Shown one piece after another: positions 9,933-21,800 of a stretch of DNA of 52,197 bases. The first letter of the stretch is position 1. Each line of letters opens with the position of its first letter. Source of the stretch: a virus (lineage: Duplodnaviria; Caudoviricetes); the IMG/VR virus record IMGVR_UViG_3300027779_000040, positions 1 through 52,197 of that record, one strand, 5' to 3'. The notes beneath the pieces are model-generated. The model was not told where the DNA came from, did not search any database, and worked only from the letters and a program-made list of their open reading frames with translations. A program made the translations under genes and the position numbers.

Positions 9933-10607
9933 ATGGGTAGTTTTTGGGATATGCTAACAGGGAATGTTGAACCTGATACAGTAAGAAATTCACAGCTTCA
10001 GGGAATGGGGCTTGATGCTTATACAAAAAGGGGTGATAAGTACACAAGTATGGGTGATGAATTCCTAGATATAGATAGTGACAGAAATCAGGCTATGAAA
10101 AATAATCTATTGAAAATGTCAATGGATGCAGGAGCTCAACAAAATATGATGTCACAAAGAAATATGGCTATGGGTGGGTATGGCGTACCAAATGCGATGC
10201 AAAATGCGGCTGGTATGGCTAACGCAAATCGCATGCAGAATCAAGGACAACAGAATTTTATGCAAGGTTTTCAACAGAACCAAGGTATAGGTCAGAATTA
10301 TCATCAGATGGGTAATCAACAGTATGATACCCGTTCAGGTTATCAGAACCAAGCTAACCAAGCCGCAACGTCTCAGATGCAACAGAATGCGTCCAATACG
10401 GCTGGAATGATACAAGGTATAGGTGGTATGGCACTAAATGCAGTTATGCCCGGTATGGGGGGAATGCTAGGCTTTGGGATGAATGCTCTGGGTGGTGGTA
10501 GCCCAACACAAGGTGGTCCTCAGAATATGTGGCAAGCAGGAGCTAGACCATATCAATGGACACCACCTCCAGTAACAGGAACCGCAGGAGTAGGAGGAAT
10601 AAAGTAA
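9933..10607 (+). CDS. Probable DNA-ejection/internal virion protein (Q/N/M/G-rich)
   Basis: Low-complexity helical body, Gly-rich hydrophobic C-terminus, position before the giant virion protein; AGGAG RBS. Confidence 0.65.
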   Translation: MGSFWDMLTGNVEPDTVRNSQLQGMGLDAYTKRGDKYTSMGDEFLDIDSDRNQAMKNNLLKMSMDAGAQQNMMSQRNMAMGGYGVPNAMQNAAGMANANRMQNQGQQNFMQGFQQNQGIGQNYHQMGNQQYDTRSGYQNQANQAATSQMQQNASNTAGMIQGIGGMALNAVMPGMGGMLGFGMNALGGGSPTQGGPQNMWQAGARPYQWTPPPVTGTAGVGGIK

Positions 10608-11533
10608 TGGCTACACCAACAAATCACCCTTTATTTGGTATCCTTGAGTCAGGGGCAAATAGGAGGTCCACAGAAAAGCAGGCGGCTATACAGAATCAAT
10701 TTCAAGCCTATGAAGAACAAAGAACTAGGGACATGTTTAAGCCTAAGTATGGTAGGGAAGTTGAAGCTCTTCGTCATGAAGAGGCAATCAATCCCATTAC
10801 GGAAGCGAGGGCACAAGAAGATTTAAGACATATTACAGCAATCAATCCCACTAGGGAAGGACAGGAGGCTGAAAATCTTAGGCATTCGATGAAGCTGAAT
10901 CCTATCACAGAGAGTCAGCAACAAGAAAAACTTCGTCATGCTAAAACTTTTAATCCATTATTAGAGGCAAGAAAGAATCTTGAGAACTCTCAAGCTCAGG
11001 AAGACTTATTCTATAGTAGAAAGTCACACAAACTTAGTCTAGAAGATATGGCTCAGAAGAATGAGATACAAGGGAGAGGGGATAATGTTGGGAAATACTA
11101 TGACCCTAGTATGTGGAGAGAAAAAAACGAGCTAAAGGAGCAGGCGATACAGACTGGAATAAGAGACCAGCAGGCTAAGTATGGTGATGCTGATATAAAA
11201 GCTAAGATAACAGATGGAGCTCTTAGAAACTTTGATATAGACCAGCAGGATAAAGTTGGGAAGGGAATGATTCAGGAATTAGAAGCTGGGGCAGAAGCAT
11301 CCGCAATGAATGTTGAACATCTCCAGAGATATAGAAAGTTTCAAGAACAAAAAGACCAGTTGTATCAGCAAGGCTTAGACCAGATAGAGGAAAGGTATAA
11401 AACGGATGACTTTACAGACTGGGACGATGATGCTGATGACAAATATGAGACTATCATGAAATACATAAATGCTTATGGAGTGAGTAACCCCATGATGCAA
11501 GCTCAGAGTATGATGCAAAAGTTGGAGAAATAA
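10607..11533 (+). CDS. Probable ejection protein with four 18-aa repeats
   Basis: Start reassigned to ATG 10607 (TAATG overlap, GGAGG RBS); repeats E.LRH...(I/L/F)NP..E. Confidence 0.65.
   Translation: MATPTNHPLFGILESGANRRSTEKQAAIQNQFQAYEEQRTRDMFKPKYGREVEALRHEEAINPITEARAQEDLRHITAINPTREGQEAENLRHSMKLNPITESQQQEKLRHAKTFNPLLEARKNLENSQAQEDLFYSRKSHKLSLEDMAQKNEIQGRGDNVGKYYDPSMWREKNELKEQAIQTGIRDQQAKYGDADIKAKITDGALRNFDIDQQDKVGKGMIQELEAGAEASAMNVEHLQRYRKFQEQKDQLYQQGLDQIEERYKTDDFTDWDDDADDKYETIMKYINAYGVSNPMMQAQSMMQKLEK
10763..10978 (+). repeat. Four tandem 54-bp (18-aa) coding repeats
   Basis: EALRHEEAINPITEARAQ / EDLRHITAINPTREGQEA / ENLRHSMKLNPITESQQQ / EKLRHAKTFNPLLEARKN. Confidence 0.9.
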
Positions 11534-11534
11534 A

Positions 11535-12824
11535 ATGGGATACGCAGACCAAGTATTACAAAGAGCCGGATTAGGTGGGGAGACACAAAGACTCCAACAG
11601 GCTATGTTGCAAAGTGAAGGGATGAAGGGTGCAACAAGATTTTATAAAGCTGTAGAAATGTACTACAATGACCCTGCGTCTTTTAGTAATGAAGCTTGGG
11701 ATGAATTGCAAATTATGGCGTCTCAGCATGGAATCAGAGTTCCGTCCAATCCTAATGATAAGGCTACTGCTCTAGAGAACGTAGGGGCATCAATCATGGG
11801 CGCAATAGATGGTATAGTCCTTGACTTGATACCTGATTCTTTATACTCAAGTAGGCGCACAGAGACTGCTCGTATGGCAGGTCAAATTACAGGAGTCATA
11901 GGCTCAGTAGTAGGTTCTTTAGGGGCTATGGGACTTATGAGAGGTGGAATGCATGGATTGTCAAGGGCTGGTAGCTACATAGCCGCTAGGCTTGGTGCAA
12001 ATCCATCTGGTGCAGTTGCTATGAAAGGTGCAATAGATGCGGCTAAAAAAGTAGGCGGAAATAAGGCTGTAAATTGGGTAGCTAGTAACATGACCTTGCC
12101 GGGTATACTCACTAAGTGGGGACCATCCGCAGTTACAAGTTTTTCACAGCTTACAAAACGATTTGGTTACCCTTTAACTGGTAAATTTGTTAAGGAAGCT
12201 ACTAAACAATATGGAGACGATGTAGCAGGGAGACTTGTTCAAATTGCTAAGACGGGCTCTGTCGATGATGTAGTTGCGGCATCTGCTAAATACGGAGATG
12301 ATGTAATCATCCAAGCTAAAGAGTCTCTAAAGAGAATGGGCAAGGTAGGGGATGATGTATCTGTAGATATAGCAATGCAAGGAACAAAGGTTCCTGATAT
12401 AGCAACGAGTAAGGTACAGGCAATAATTGATAAGGTAGGTGGAGTGACTGCCAAGGGTGCTGGAAAAGAGTTTGACCCAACTAAGATAGCTCAGATGAGT
12501 ATGTTTGATGGTGGAGCCGCAGGACAAGTTTCAATAGCACAGGGCAAAGGCTTAATAAATGCTCTTAAGGAAGGTATGTCACAGGGTAAGGGGATACAAG
12601 AAATTATAAAAAAATCTGGATTAGGAGGTAAGCCTGCTAAGACTTTAGAAACATTATGGAAAGACCCCACACAGAGGAAAGACCTTTTAAAACTTATGGC
12701 TGACACGAGTAGAGACCAGCCCGGAATGATTGGAGATGTAATGAATCTCATTGGGTTGGGAGTAGTTGGAGGTATCTCCACATACGATGCTGTTTCTGCA
12801 AGCTCTGGTAGGGAAGATTTTTAA
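11535..12824 (+). CDS. Probable ejection protein (A/G/K-rich with amphipathic/TM segments)
   Basis: Composition, position, and N-terminal module shared with the virion RNAP. Confidence 0.65.
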   Translation: MGYADQVLQRAGLGGETQRLQQAMLQSEGMKGATRFYKAVEMYYNDPASFSNEAWDELQIMASQHGIRVPSNPNDKATALENVGASIMGAIDGIVLDLIPDSLYSSRRTETARMAGQITGVIGSVVGSLGAMGLMRGGMHGLSRAGSYIAARLGANPSGAVAMKGAIDAAKKVGGNKAVNWVASNMTLPGILTKWGPSAVTSFSQLTKRFGYPLTGKFVKEATKQYGDDVAGRLVQIAKTGSVDDVVAASAKYGDDVIIQAKESLKRMGKVGDDVSVDIAMQGTKVPDIATSKVQAIIDKVGGVTAKGAGKEFDPTKIAQMSMFDGGAAGQVSIAQGKGLINALKEGMSQGKGIQEIIKKSGLGGKPAKTLETLWKDPTQRKDLLKLMADTSRDQPGMIGDVMNLIGLGVVGGISTYDAVSASSGREDF

Positions 12825-15800
12825 TGTCAACTGGCAGTTACTATCCTGAAGAAATAGAAGGGGAACACTTTAAACCATTCGTTGATGAAGGTACAATAAA
12901 GGGGCTGATTCAGCATTATAAAAATGACCCAAAGCCATTTTCCGAAGACAAATTAAAGACACTCGAGCTTCATGCTCAGCATTATAAACTTCCCTTCGCC
13001 AGAAGTGATGCCGACCAACACGGTAGAGTTTCTGGTATTCTTCAACAGGCTGGAGCCGGATTTTGGTCTGGCTTTACGACCTTTAATGTAGGCGAAGAAC
13101 CGAGAGATGAATGGGAGGGGATAGCTCGTAGTATAGGGCATCTTGCTGGATTTGTTGGTTTCATCCCCTCCATACCTAAGAAAATATTAGCAACTCTTCC
13201 TAAAGCATCTAAACTAAGAACTATGTCAATGGCATTGGCAAAAGTTAAAGGACAATCTGTGCCTATGCTTGGTGCTAAGTTAGTACAGGACAAGGTAGCC
13301 CCGATAGCTAATAAAGCTTTCGCTCAAGCTATGGCTATGAGAGGTGCGGCAACAGCTGATGCGGCTGGATTTTTAAATCAAGGATTAGTAAAAGATTTAA
13401 TTGGTGGGGCATTTCATCTTGGTGTAGCTAGTTCTATAAGTTCGTGGCAGTATGGTATAGACGAAATGATGAGGTCGTTCATAGGTGGTGCGGAAACAGG
13501 TTTTGTTTTCAGAGGGATAGGTAATGTTGTCCAGACGGGAAGTAAAGCGGCTGACGCATCCATAAGAATGGTAGCATCTAGTGCCTATACAGGCTTGCCA
13601 GCTACTATGAGAGGAGCTACAACTCCTGAACAGGTATACGAATATCTCCTCGGTGCCTATTTCGGTTTAAAGGAAATGCCCTACCATAAAAGAGATGCAC
13701 AGAAACTTATAGGTAAGGCTTTTAAGGAAGGCAAGGCTGGACAACCTATAGAATTGATGCCTGAATTTGGTGAAATGGACTCCACCACTAAGAAAAATAC
13801 TATTGAAATGGCTGAGAAGATATGGGGTGAAGTATCTGCGGCTGGAGGTGCTACTCCAATTACGGGTAATATCATGTCTTATGAATTGATGAATAAGTTT
13901 GGATTCAATATTGAAGAAGCAGAGAAAATCGCTAAGGAGTATATTGAGCGTGGTGGAACCCTTAAAGATATAGAACCATTCTTAGATAAGCCTATAACTG
14001 ACAATGGTGAGTTACGGAAGTCACAGAGAGGTTCACAAGAAGACCTTGATATGGAAGTATCTACTGACTCGTCTTCTTATATGTCAGTTCAACAGAAGTT
14101 GGTTAATTATATACAGAATACTTTAGGTTATAAATATACCGAGATGAAACCTAGAGAGCAACAAGATGCAGTTCTTGAAGATGCTATGGGTCTACAGAAA
14201 ACATGGCTAGAAATTTTAAAGAAACAAAGAGTAGAGATAGCTGATAATGATTTCAAAGATGTCTCTCCTGCTGGGGCTACTAATAAAATGTTGGAGCATT
14301 TAGCAGAGAATCTAGGCGTTGCTCCTACAGAAGCTGATTGGAACTTTTGGAGAAATAGGGAGATTCAATCTCTTCAGTTATCTAATCAGCCCGTAATATC
14401 TGCTAGTATAGATTTCAATGGAGCCCTTAATGTTTATCAGTTAAATCCAGAGAGACCAATGAACCTTGCTGGAAATATGAAATATGTTAAGCAAGAACCT
14501 CTGTCTATGGAAGACGCTTATGGGAGAGCATATACAAGGGAAGGCTATGACCCTGCTGAACTAAGGGGTGGTGCTATACACCAATTTCTTGACCATGCTG
14601 TAGTCCAAGATTCATATACTGGCAAGACTAAAGACATGAGTCTACTAAGGTTAAAACAACATTTCTTTGGTGAGCAGATGAGAAGAGTTGGCGAAGTAGA
14701 CGAGCAAACAGGAACTGAATTTCAATATACAGATGCTACTGCTAAAGCTGAAAAAGCATTTAATAACTTTCTCTATGGAGTAATGGACGCACAGTGGAAT
14801 AGGAAAGAATCAAAAGGCGGTGCTCCTAATCAAATGTATTACTTTGGTGGAAGAGGAGATGCGGAGAGATTATACTTTGTAAAGGTTCATCCAACCGTTG
14901 CTAATATTCGCACTATTAGTGAAGGCAGATTGAAATCTCTAACTAATGAAATAAATAAAGTGTCTGCTAAGATTGGCAATATAGAAGTGACTGAAAGTGG
15001 TAAGACAAGGAATGTAAAACTTAAAGATATATTTAATTCAGAGTGGGCTCTTTTTCAAACGACTGTTAATAAAGGAAAGACTGGAGAGTTTAAGAAAAGA
15101 GGAAATGAAATGTTTGCTTCGGCATTTCTATCCAATATAATGTATGAGTTAGATATGAATGGCTTTGAGATGAAGAAGGGCATAAGACCTAGCGAGATTA
15201 AAAAGTTCTATGCTACGATAGGCGATAGTAAAAATGACTTTATTGATACTGCTAAAGCTTTCAATAAGAGAGCACAAATCTGGTTGAATACTGGTGTATC
15301 CCAAAATAAAGATATGATTATCCCTGCTCTACAAGCCGCAGGATGGGATGATAAAACAACAGCAGAAGGTAAAGCTAAAGTTCTTATAATAAATGACAGA
15401 AAGATGGCTGATGAAGTAGGCGTCATGGCTAAGAATTTAGAAGAAGGCACTGATGGTGCTTTGTTTATGACTTCCGAATATATGCTTGCAACAAATATTG
15501 ATATGGGGCTACCCAACGAAGGACATAGTAACAAAAGTTTTATTGTTTCCCCCAACAAGCGCAAAGGTGCAATGCTGGGTAAGTACATGATACATGAAGC
15601 AGACCCAGAGATGGCAAAGTGGATGCGTAAAGAGAAGGTACATATTATAGCCTACAAGAGTGGTTTAAAGCAGAGAGGCACAAGAAAGAGCAGTGACGTT
15701 TATTATAAACCACATGGAAAAGGGTATGAGTTTAGTGATGGCTGGAAAGACTCTGTACATAGGATAAATATGGCTGACATTAAGACAGTCATTACCGAAA

Positions 15801-18800
15801 AGACTGATAATCACTTTCTTCACCCACAAAAGATACCTAAGCAGATGCAGAGTCTCCTTACAGAATTCTCATTCAATCCTGTTAAGCCTGAGATTATAGA
15901 TGATTTTTTTAATACTACATCAAGGGAGAGATTCTTTGGGAATAGGGTTATAAACGAAGAAGCAGAAGCTTACTTAGCCAACCCATCGAAAGAAGCAAAG
16001 GAATCTCTTATAAGAAACCTTGATGAAATAGGCATACCTACTGTATTGAAAATGTTAAAGAATCCTAAGACATCAGAGTTTGCTGTAGAAGCGTATAGGA
16101 AAATGCTATCTAAAGAACAAGAAGTAGCTAATGCAGAGTTTTCTGAAGGCGAGATTGAAAAAGCTACATTTGAAATGCAGAATGATACCAGACAAGAGTA
16201 TAGGTCAGCACATGATACAATTATGAATTTATCAAGTGACAAATCTCTTGCGGCTAGTATGCATAAGTCGGTAAAACATTATCGTTCAAATGTTATAAGG
16301 AATTATCTTCTTAATCAAGTAACTAGACCTACGATAAAGAACTCTTTTATATCAAGGATGCGACCTTATACCCCTTGGATGTGGGAACAGAGAGGAAAGT
16401 ATGGTCCTACTGCTAAGTTAAATGAAACAGGGGGGGACAAATTGTTCTTCCTTGATAATGGTTTTAAAGAATTACCATTAAAAAGCCACGTTTTTGGTGG
16501 CAAGGTCTCGGGAAGACTGGGTGAGATGAAGTTAGGTGAAGCTTGGGAGAGTTATGTGGACGGTAAGTTCGATAAATTTCCCAAGCTCAAAGCTGAAATG
16601 GAAGATGTGCTTGAAGCTGTTTTAATGAGAGTTCCTATGGACTCAATGTCAGGAGCGAGAGTATTGAACTTTGCTGGGTTCACTGGTGTAGATGGGTTAG
16701 GGGTCTTATTACATCCAAGGGTAATGAGAGCATTGGGTGGAGCAGACCTTGATGGTGACAAGGCTTGGGGATTTTTCGGTGGTAAAAGCGAGAGTGGTGC
16801 TGGTGAAGGTATGAAAAAGTCTTGGAAGAATATGTATAAAGACCAAGAACTAGAGTATGGAGAAGTAGGCACTAGTGCTAAGAAATTAATTGACCCAGTA
16901 ACTGGTAAACCATACTATGAGGAATTTTTAGATGACAGAGACCCATTAGCAAAGGATAGAATAGAAAACCCCGGACTAAGGTGGTCTCCTATGGCTAGGA
17001 TGACAGCATCATTGGGTGCGGCTCAAGGTCGTAATATGTTAGGACCAGCTGTTGTTAATAAAGCTGTTATAAGTGCGGCTTTCTCTGAATTAATGAGCAG
17101 ACCAAATCAAAGTTATAGCTATACTTATGAAAGTTTTAATGGGGAAAAGAGAAAAATATTAATGACAGCTAGGTCTGACCCTAAAGATATTAAGCGTCAG
17201 AGAGAAATGGGGAAAGTTTCTATTCACCTTCCAGCTGACCCTATGGATGAAGCTGGGTTGAAAGATATGAATTCTTTCTTTAGCTTGATGGCTGATAGTG
17301 CTTTTAAATACAAAGATGTCACTGACCCCAATAGACATTTCGAATTATCAAACGACCCTAAGTCAAGGGAGTGGATGGGAGACCATTCTACTAAACGTGC
17401 AGGGTTGAATCAACATTTCTCTAAAATTAATCAAGTATTATATGGTAGGAACTGGGCAGAAGAAAGAAGATGGACACCGGGTGAGATTCATAGTGGGCTG
17501 TCAAGTTCATGGGATTCATTACACCAAGGAGAGAAACAGGGTGGACTCTATAAAAACTTAGCTAAGTTATTTCATAATCTTGATTGGACAGAAGGGATTT
17601 TCTTTCGTGTGAATGAAACAAAACTTAGAGAGCTTTATAAGAACTTTCATAAGGAGTGGGAAAACAATAGAGAGTTACAGGACATTCTCCAAAGAACTGG
17701 TAGGAGCGTATGGAACAATGAGAAAGAGAAGTTTAATCCTTTACTAGAATTTGTACTCACAAGAAAACTACATGATGAGAAAGTATTGAAGTCTTATCTC
17801 TTAGATACTAAGCAAAATGAAAAATTATTTGATGCTTTCCCCCAGTACACAGAGAGAAAAGGTTATAATCCTAGGAATTTAAGACAACGTGAAAGAATTC
17901 TTAGAGACATGGTACATAAGGCTGAAGACTTTGTTGTCAATGACCTTAGTGACATGGTGTCTATGAGATTTATTAGGAAATTCATGGAGCCTATTATGGC
18001 AAGGAACAATGCTAAGGGTGAGAAGATTTCTAAAGAAAAAATTATATTAGGTCTTCATCATATGAGTGAAGATATAAAGTCTCAATCTTATTTTAAGGGC
18101 ATAGATAGAAAGAATGAGTCAGGTTTACAGGGTAATGAGTTTGAATTAACAGCTAGTCAGCGTGAGTTTTTTAAGTTAATGGGCTTAGAAAGGGAGGTAG
18201 AACAAAAAGATTCTGCTATGTTAGACCAGTTCCAGATAGATGCTAAAATTAGTACTCTGAAATTAAATATGACTGACCCTGAGAAAAGATTGTTTGATGC
18301 GTTTCTTTTAGGAACATTAAAAAAGGGTACTCAAACCGAGATAAATAAAGCTACTGAACATGCTAAACAAACATACGTTAATGAAGAAAAATTTCCACCC
18401 CAAGTATTAGAAGCTTTGGAGATTTTAAGGCAAAAAGGGGCTAAAACAGCCACATCTAACCTAGGGTTCGTTTCTAGTTCGGTCTCTAAGGGCATGAAAA
18501 GAGCCTTCTGGAAAGAATATGAGAAGTTATTTGATAGTTCTACTAACTTTTTCAGTAAGAAAGAGACTAATGATATAAAGAAAGACGCTCTAAAGGGTGA
18601 AGCTGAGCTTTCAAAAGAAGAACCAAGGAGTATTCTCGACAAAGAAGGCAATGTTATCAAGGGTACTGCTCTTGAAGAAGCCACATTTGATGTAGAAACC
18701 CAGACATACTTAGAAGAGGCGCATCCTTTTAAAGGTATTCTTTCGTCTAAAGCTTTGAAGGGTCCAAAATTTAAATTAAAGGGTGAGGCTATGGAGATAG

Positions 18801-21800
18801 TTCTTTCCTTACAAGAACATTTCCGTAACAAGTTTAACAATATGACTGGTCGTGGCATGAACAAGCTTGTTAGAACGATGTTTAATAAAAACATTAATGA
18901 CATGAACTTAGCTGACTGGCGTACTATGGATAACATACTATCAGAGATTGATGGTGGTCAGTGGTGGAGAAAAACTTTGAAGTATGTAGATGACAATCAA
19001 TTCCTACCATCTATGACCCCGTTTCATCATCACATTTTTCCTGAAGCTACTAACAAAGACTTGATGAGAAAAGAAATCATCCTAGTCGCTAAGCGTGGTA
19101 TCTATAAAGATAAGCATGGCAATGTATTAACTGGTGATACTGCTCAGCCAACACAGATAGGTGAGATTTTACAACAGTTCATAAACATGAATAAAGAATG
19201 GGCTACTGGTGTACACGAGCAACGAAAGAATGAAATTAGTTCGGAGCTTTCTCCTTACTTAGAGTCTATTGAACAAGGACCTACACTATGGAGAATAGCT
19301 GTTAGGAGAATGGAGCAAGGAATGACATGGCATCTCAGAGAAAAATATCAGAATGATGCTACTTGGGCTCTTTTAAAAGAAACATATGAGAAACCTTGGA
19401 GAGACATACAAAAGAAACACGATTGGGAAAATCTACAGAAAGAAACATTCCAAGTAATTACAGCAAACGGCTCCAAGACGATGACTGGGCTTGATGTTGT
19501 TGAGAAAATTACAGATACTATAGAAATATGGAATAAGAAAAATCATAAGCTTATCCGTGGTGACGTAGAAGTAATTGACAGTTACCTTAATATGATAGGG
19601 AGAAGTTATCATTCAGACTCTAAGTCTAAATCGCTATGGAAAAACCCTGAGAATTTTATAAACGATAAAGAAAATCTGCCAAACTTTAGAGTTGAAGACC
19701 CTAATGAATCTAAATACCTTTCTGATGTATTTAAGAAGACATTCTGGTGGGGTGTTAAATCTGAAGGTGGAAAATCTGAAGCAGAGATAAAGAAAGCACA
19801 GGGTGAGTATCAAAAATTATACAATCAATATAAACAAGAGAAGTATATAGCTAATATTCGTGGTCTAGCGGCTGTACTTGATTATCGTCATCAGTTAAAA
19901 TTTGCTGAGGGTAAGGAAGATGTCCAAAACTCTAGAAAAAGAATGATGAATAGACTATTCAAAGATATTCTTGAAGCTAATGATAAGGGTGAAGTATTTC
20001 ATCAGAATTTAGGAATAGATGGTCTTCGCATATTATCAAGAGAGATTATGTTAGCACAGGTTAGAGACCCTAAGGATAGGGAACAAATAGCTAACTCTAT
20101 GTCAGTACATACTACTGGCTCATACCCATCAAGGATATACTTTCCACACTTGATGTTTGATAGGAAAATAGCTGAAGCACAAATGGAGAAAGCTCTTGAA
20201 GTCATATGGGCTGACCCTAGTAAAGATATTAAGGATAAGAACAGGGAGATGGATAGAATAATCTTCCACACTAGACAAATGACTGGTGATTGGATTCCAC
20301 AGACTGATGTATCAGACCAATGGCAAGCATTGAATGAAGGACTACAGAGGATAGGAGAGAAGAAAAAGAATAGAATTCCTAGAGAACATATGAATTGGTT
20401 CAAGACACATAAACGTGCAGGTAATCAGTACTCTAGAAACTCTCATATACCCGGTTGGAATATTGAGTTTGAAGCATACGTTCAGTACATGAAGAACCTT
20501 ACGGATGTACACTATCAATTAATAAGTCAGTTGATGTCTCGTACTTCTATGATAAGATGGAAAGAACGGATGGCTGAAAGGTTTGAACATCCAGATACAA
20601 AACAAGTTAAGAAGGAAGACCAGCAATTAATTAATAGATGGGAAAACTTTTTCAATCTATATATCACTCAATCTATGGGCTTACCTTCACAGATACCTGA
20701 GCATGTCCTTAATGACCCCGGCATGAAAATTAAAGGGACTCCTTATGCTTGGTTCGCTGACAGTGAAGTTAAGAAAAGATTAAATAAAATAGCAAAAAAA
20801 CTGGGACTAGATAAGAATATTATAAAAGAAAAGTTTCCAGAGGTTGCGGCAGAATATCCAGAGATGGCAGAGAAATTTGACTTTGCTGACCTACAAAGAT
20901 TCAGTGCTTTAGAGGCTAAATTAGAATTAGCGGCTCTACTAGCTCACCCTAAATCATCCGTTACAAACTTGTTTGGTGGTACGGTAAACACATTAATATC
21001 AACTGGTTGGCAACACTTTAAAAATGCTCGTGATGTAGAGTATCTTATGAAGAATGTTAACTCAAAGTTTACAAAGAAACAGGACTGGGAGGATTGGGTC
21101 ATCAAGCTTGGTGTAGTAGAGGAGTTCTTACTTTATGAAGCAGGGATTAATCCAAAGTTTAAGACTGGTAAGTGGAAGAACTTTATGGATGATGCTATGG
21201 CTAGGTTGAGTAAAGACCCTGAAATGGCTGATACAACCTTAACATCCCTTGCTAGTAAGCATGGAATAACTGAGTCTGTATTTTCTAAAGCGGCTTGGTT
21301 CATGAGAAGACCTGAACGTACACTACGGCGTGACGCTTTTTTAGCTCACTATCTACAGGCTAGAGAGAAATTTGGTGGTGCTTTCCAAAAGTTTGACAAC
21401 CCTATACTTATACAGATGGCTAAGAAGGGTGTGAAAGGTACACAATTCTTATATAGTGCACCATTTAGACCGCCTTTTTCAGCAAGTTCCGCTGGTAAGG
21501 TGTTCACTAGGTTTCAGACTTGGGCTTGGAACTCTGTCAGATTTAGAAGAGAAATTATAGAAGAAGCTGATGCTCGTGGATGGCAAAAAGGTTCTGTTGA
21601 GTTCGAGAGGTATAAACGTATGGCTACTGCTGACTTATTCATGCTTGGTATGGCTAATATATTCTTGTACTCTATCTTTGATAACGCACTACCAGCTCCT
21701 TGGAATTGGATACAAGACACAGCTGACTCATTGTATGGTGATGAAAGAGAAAGAGAGAGGGCTTTCTTTGGTCACCCACTCGGTCCTGTTCAAATTATTA

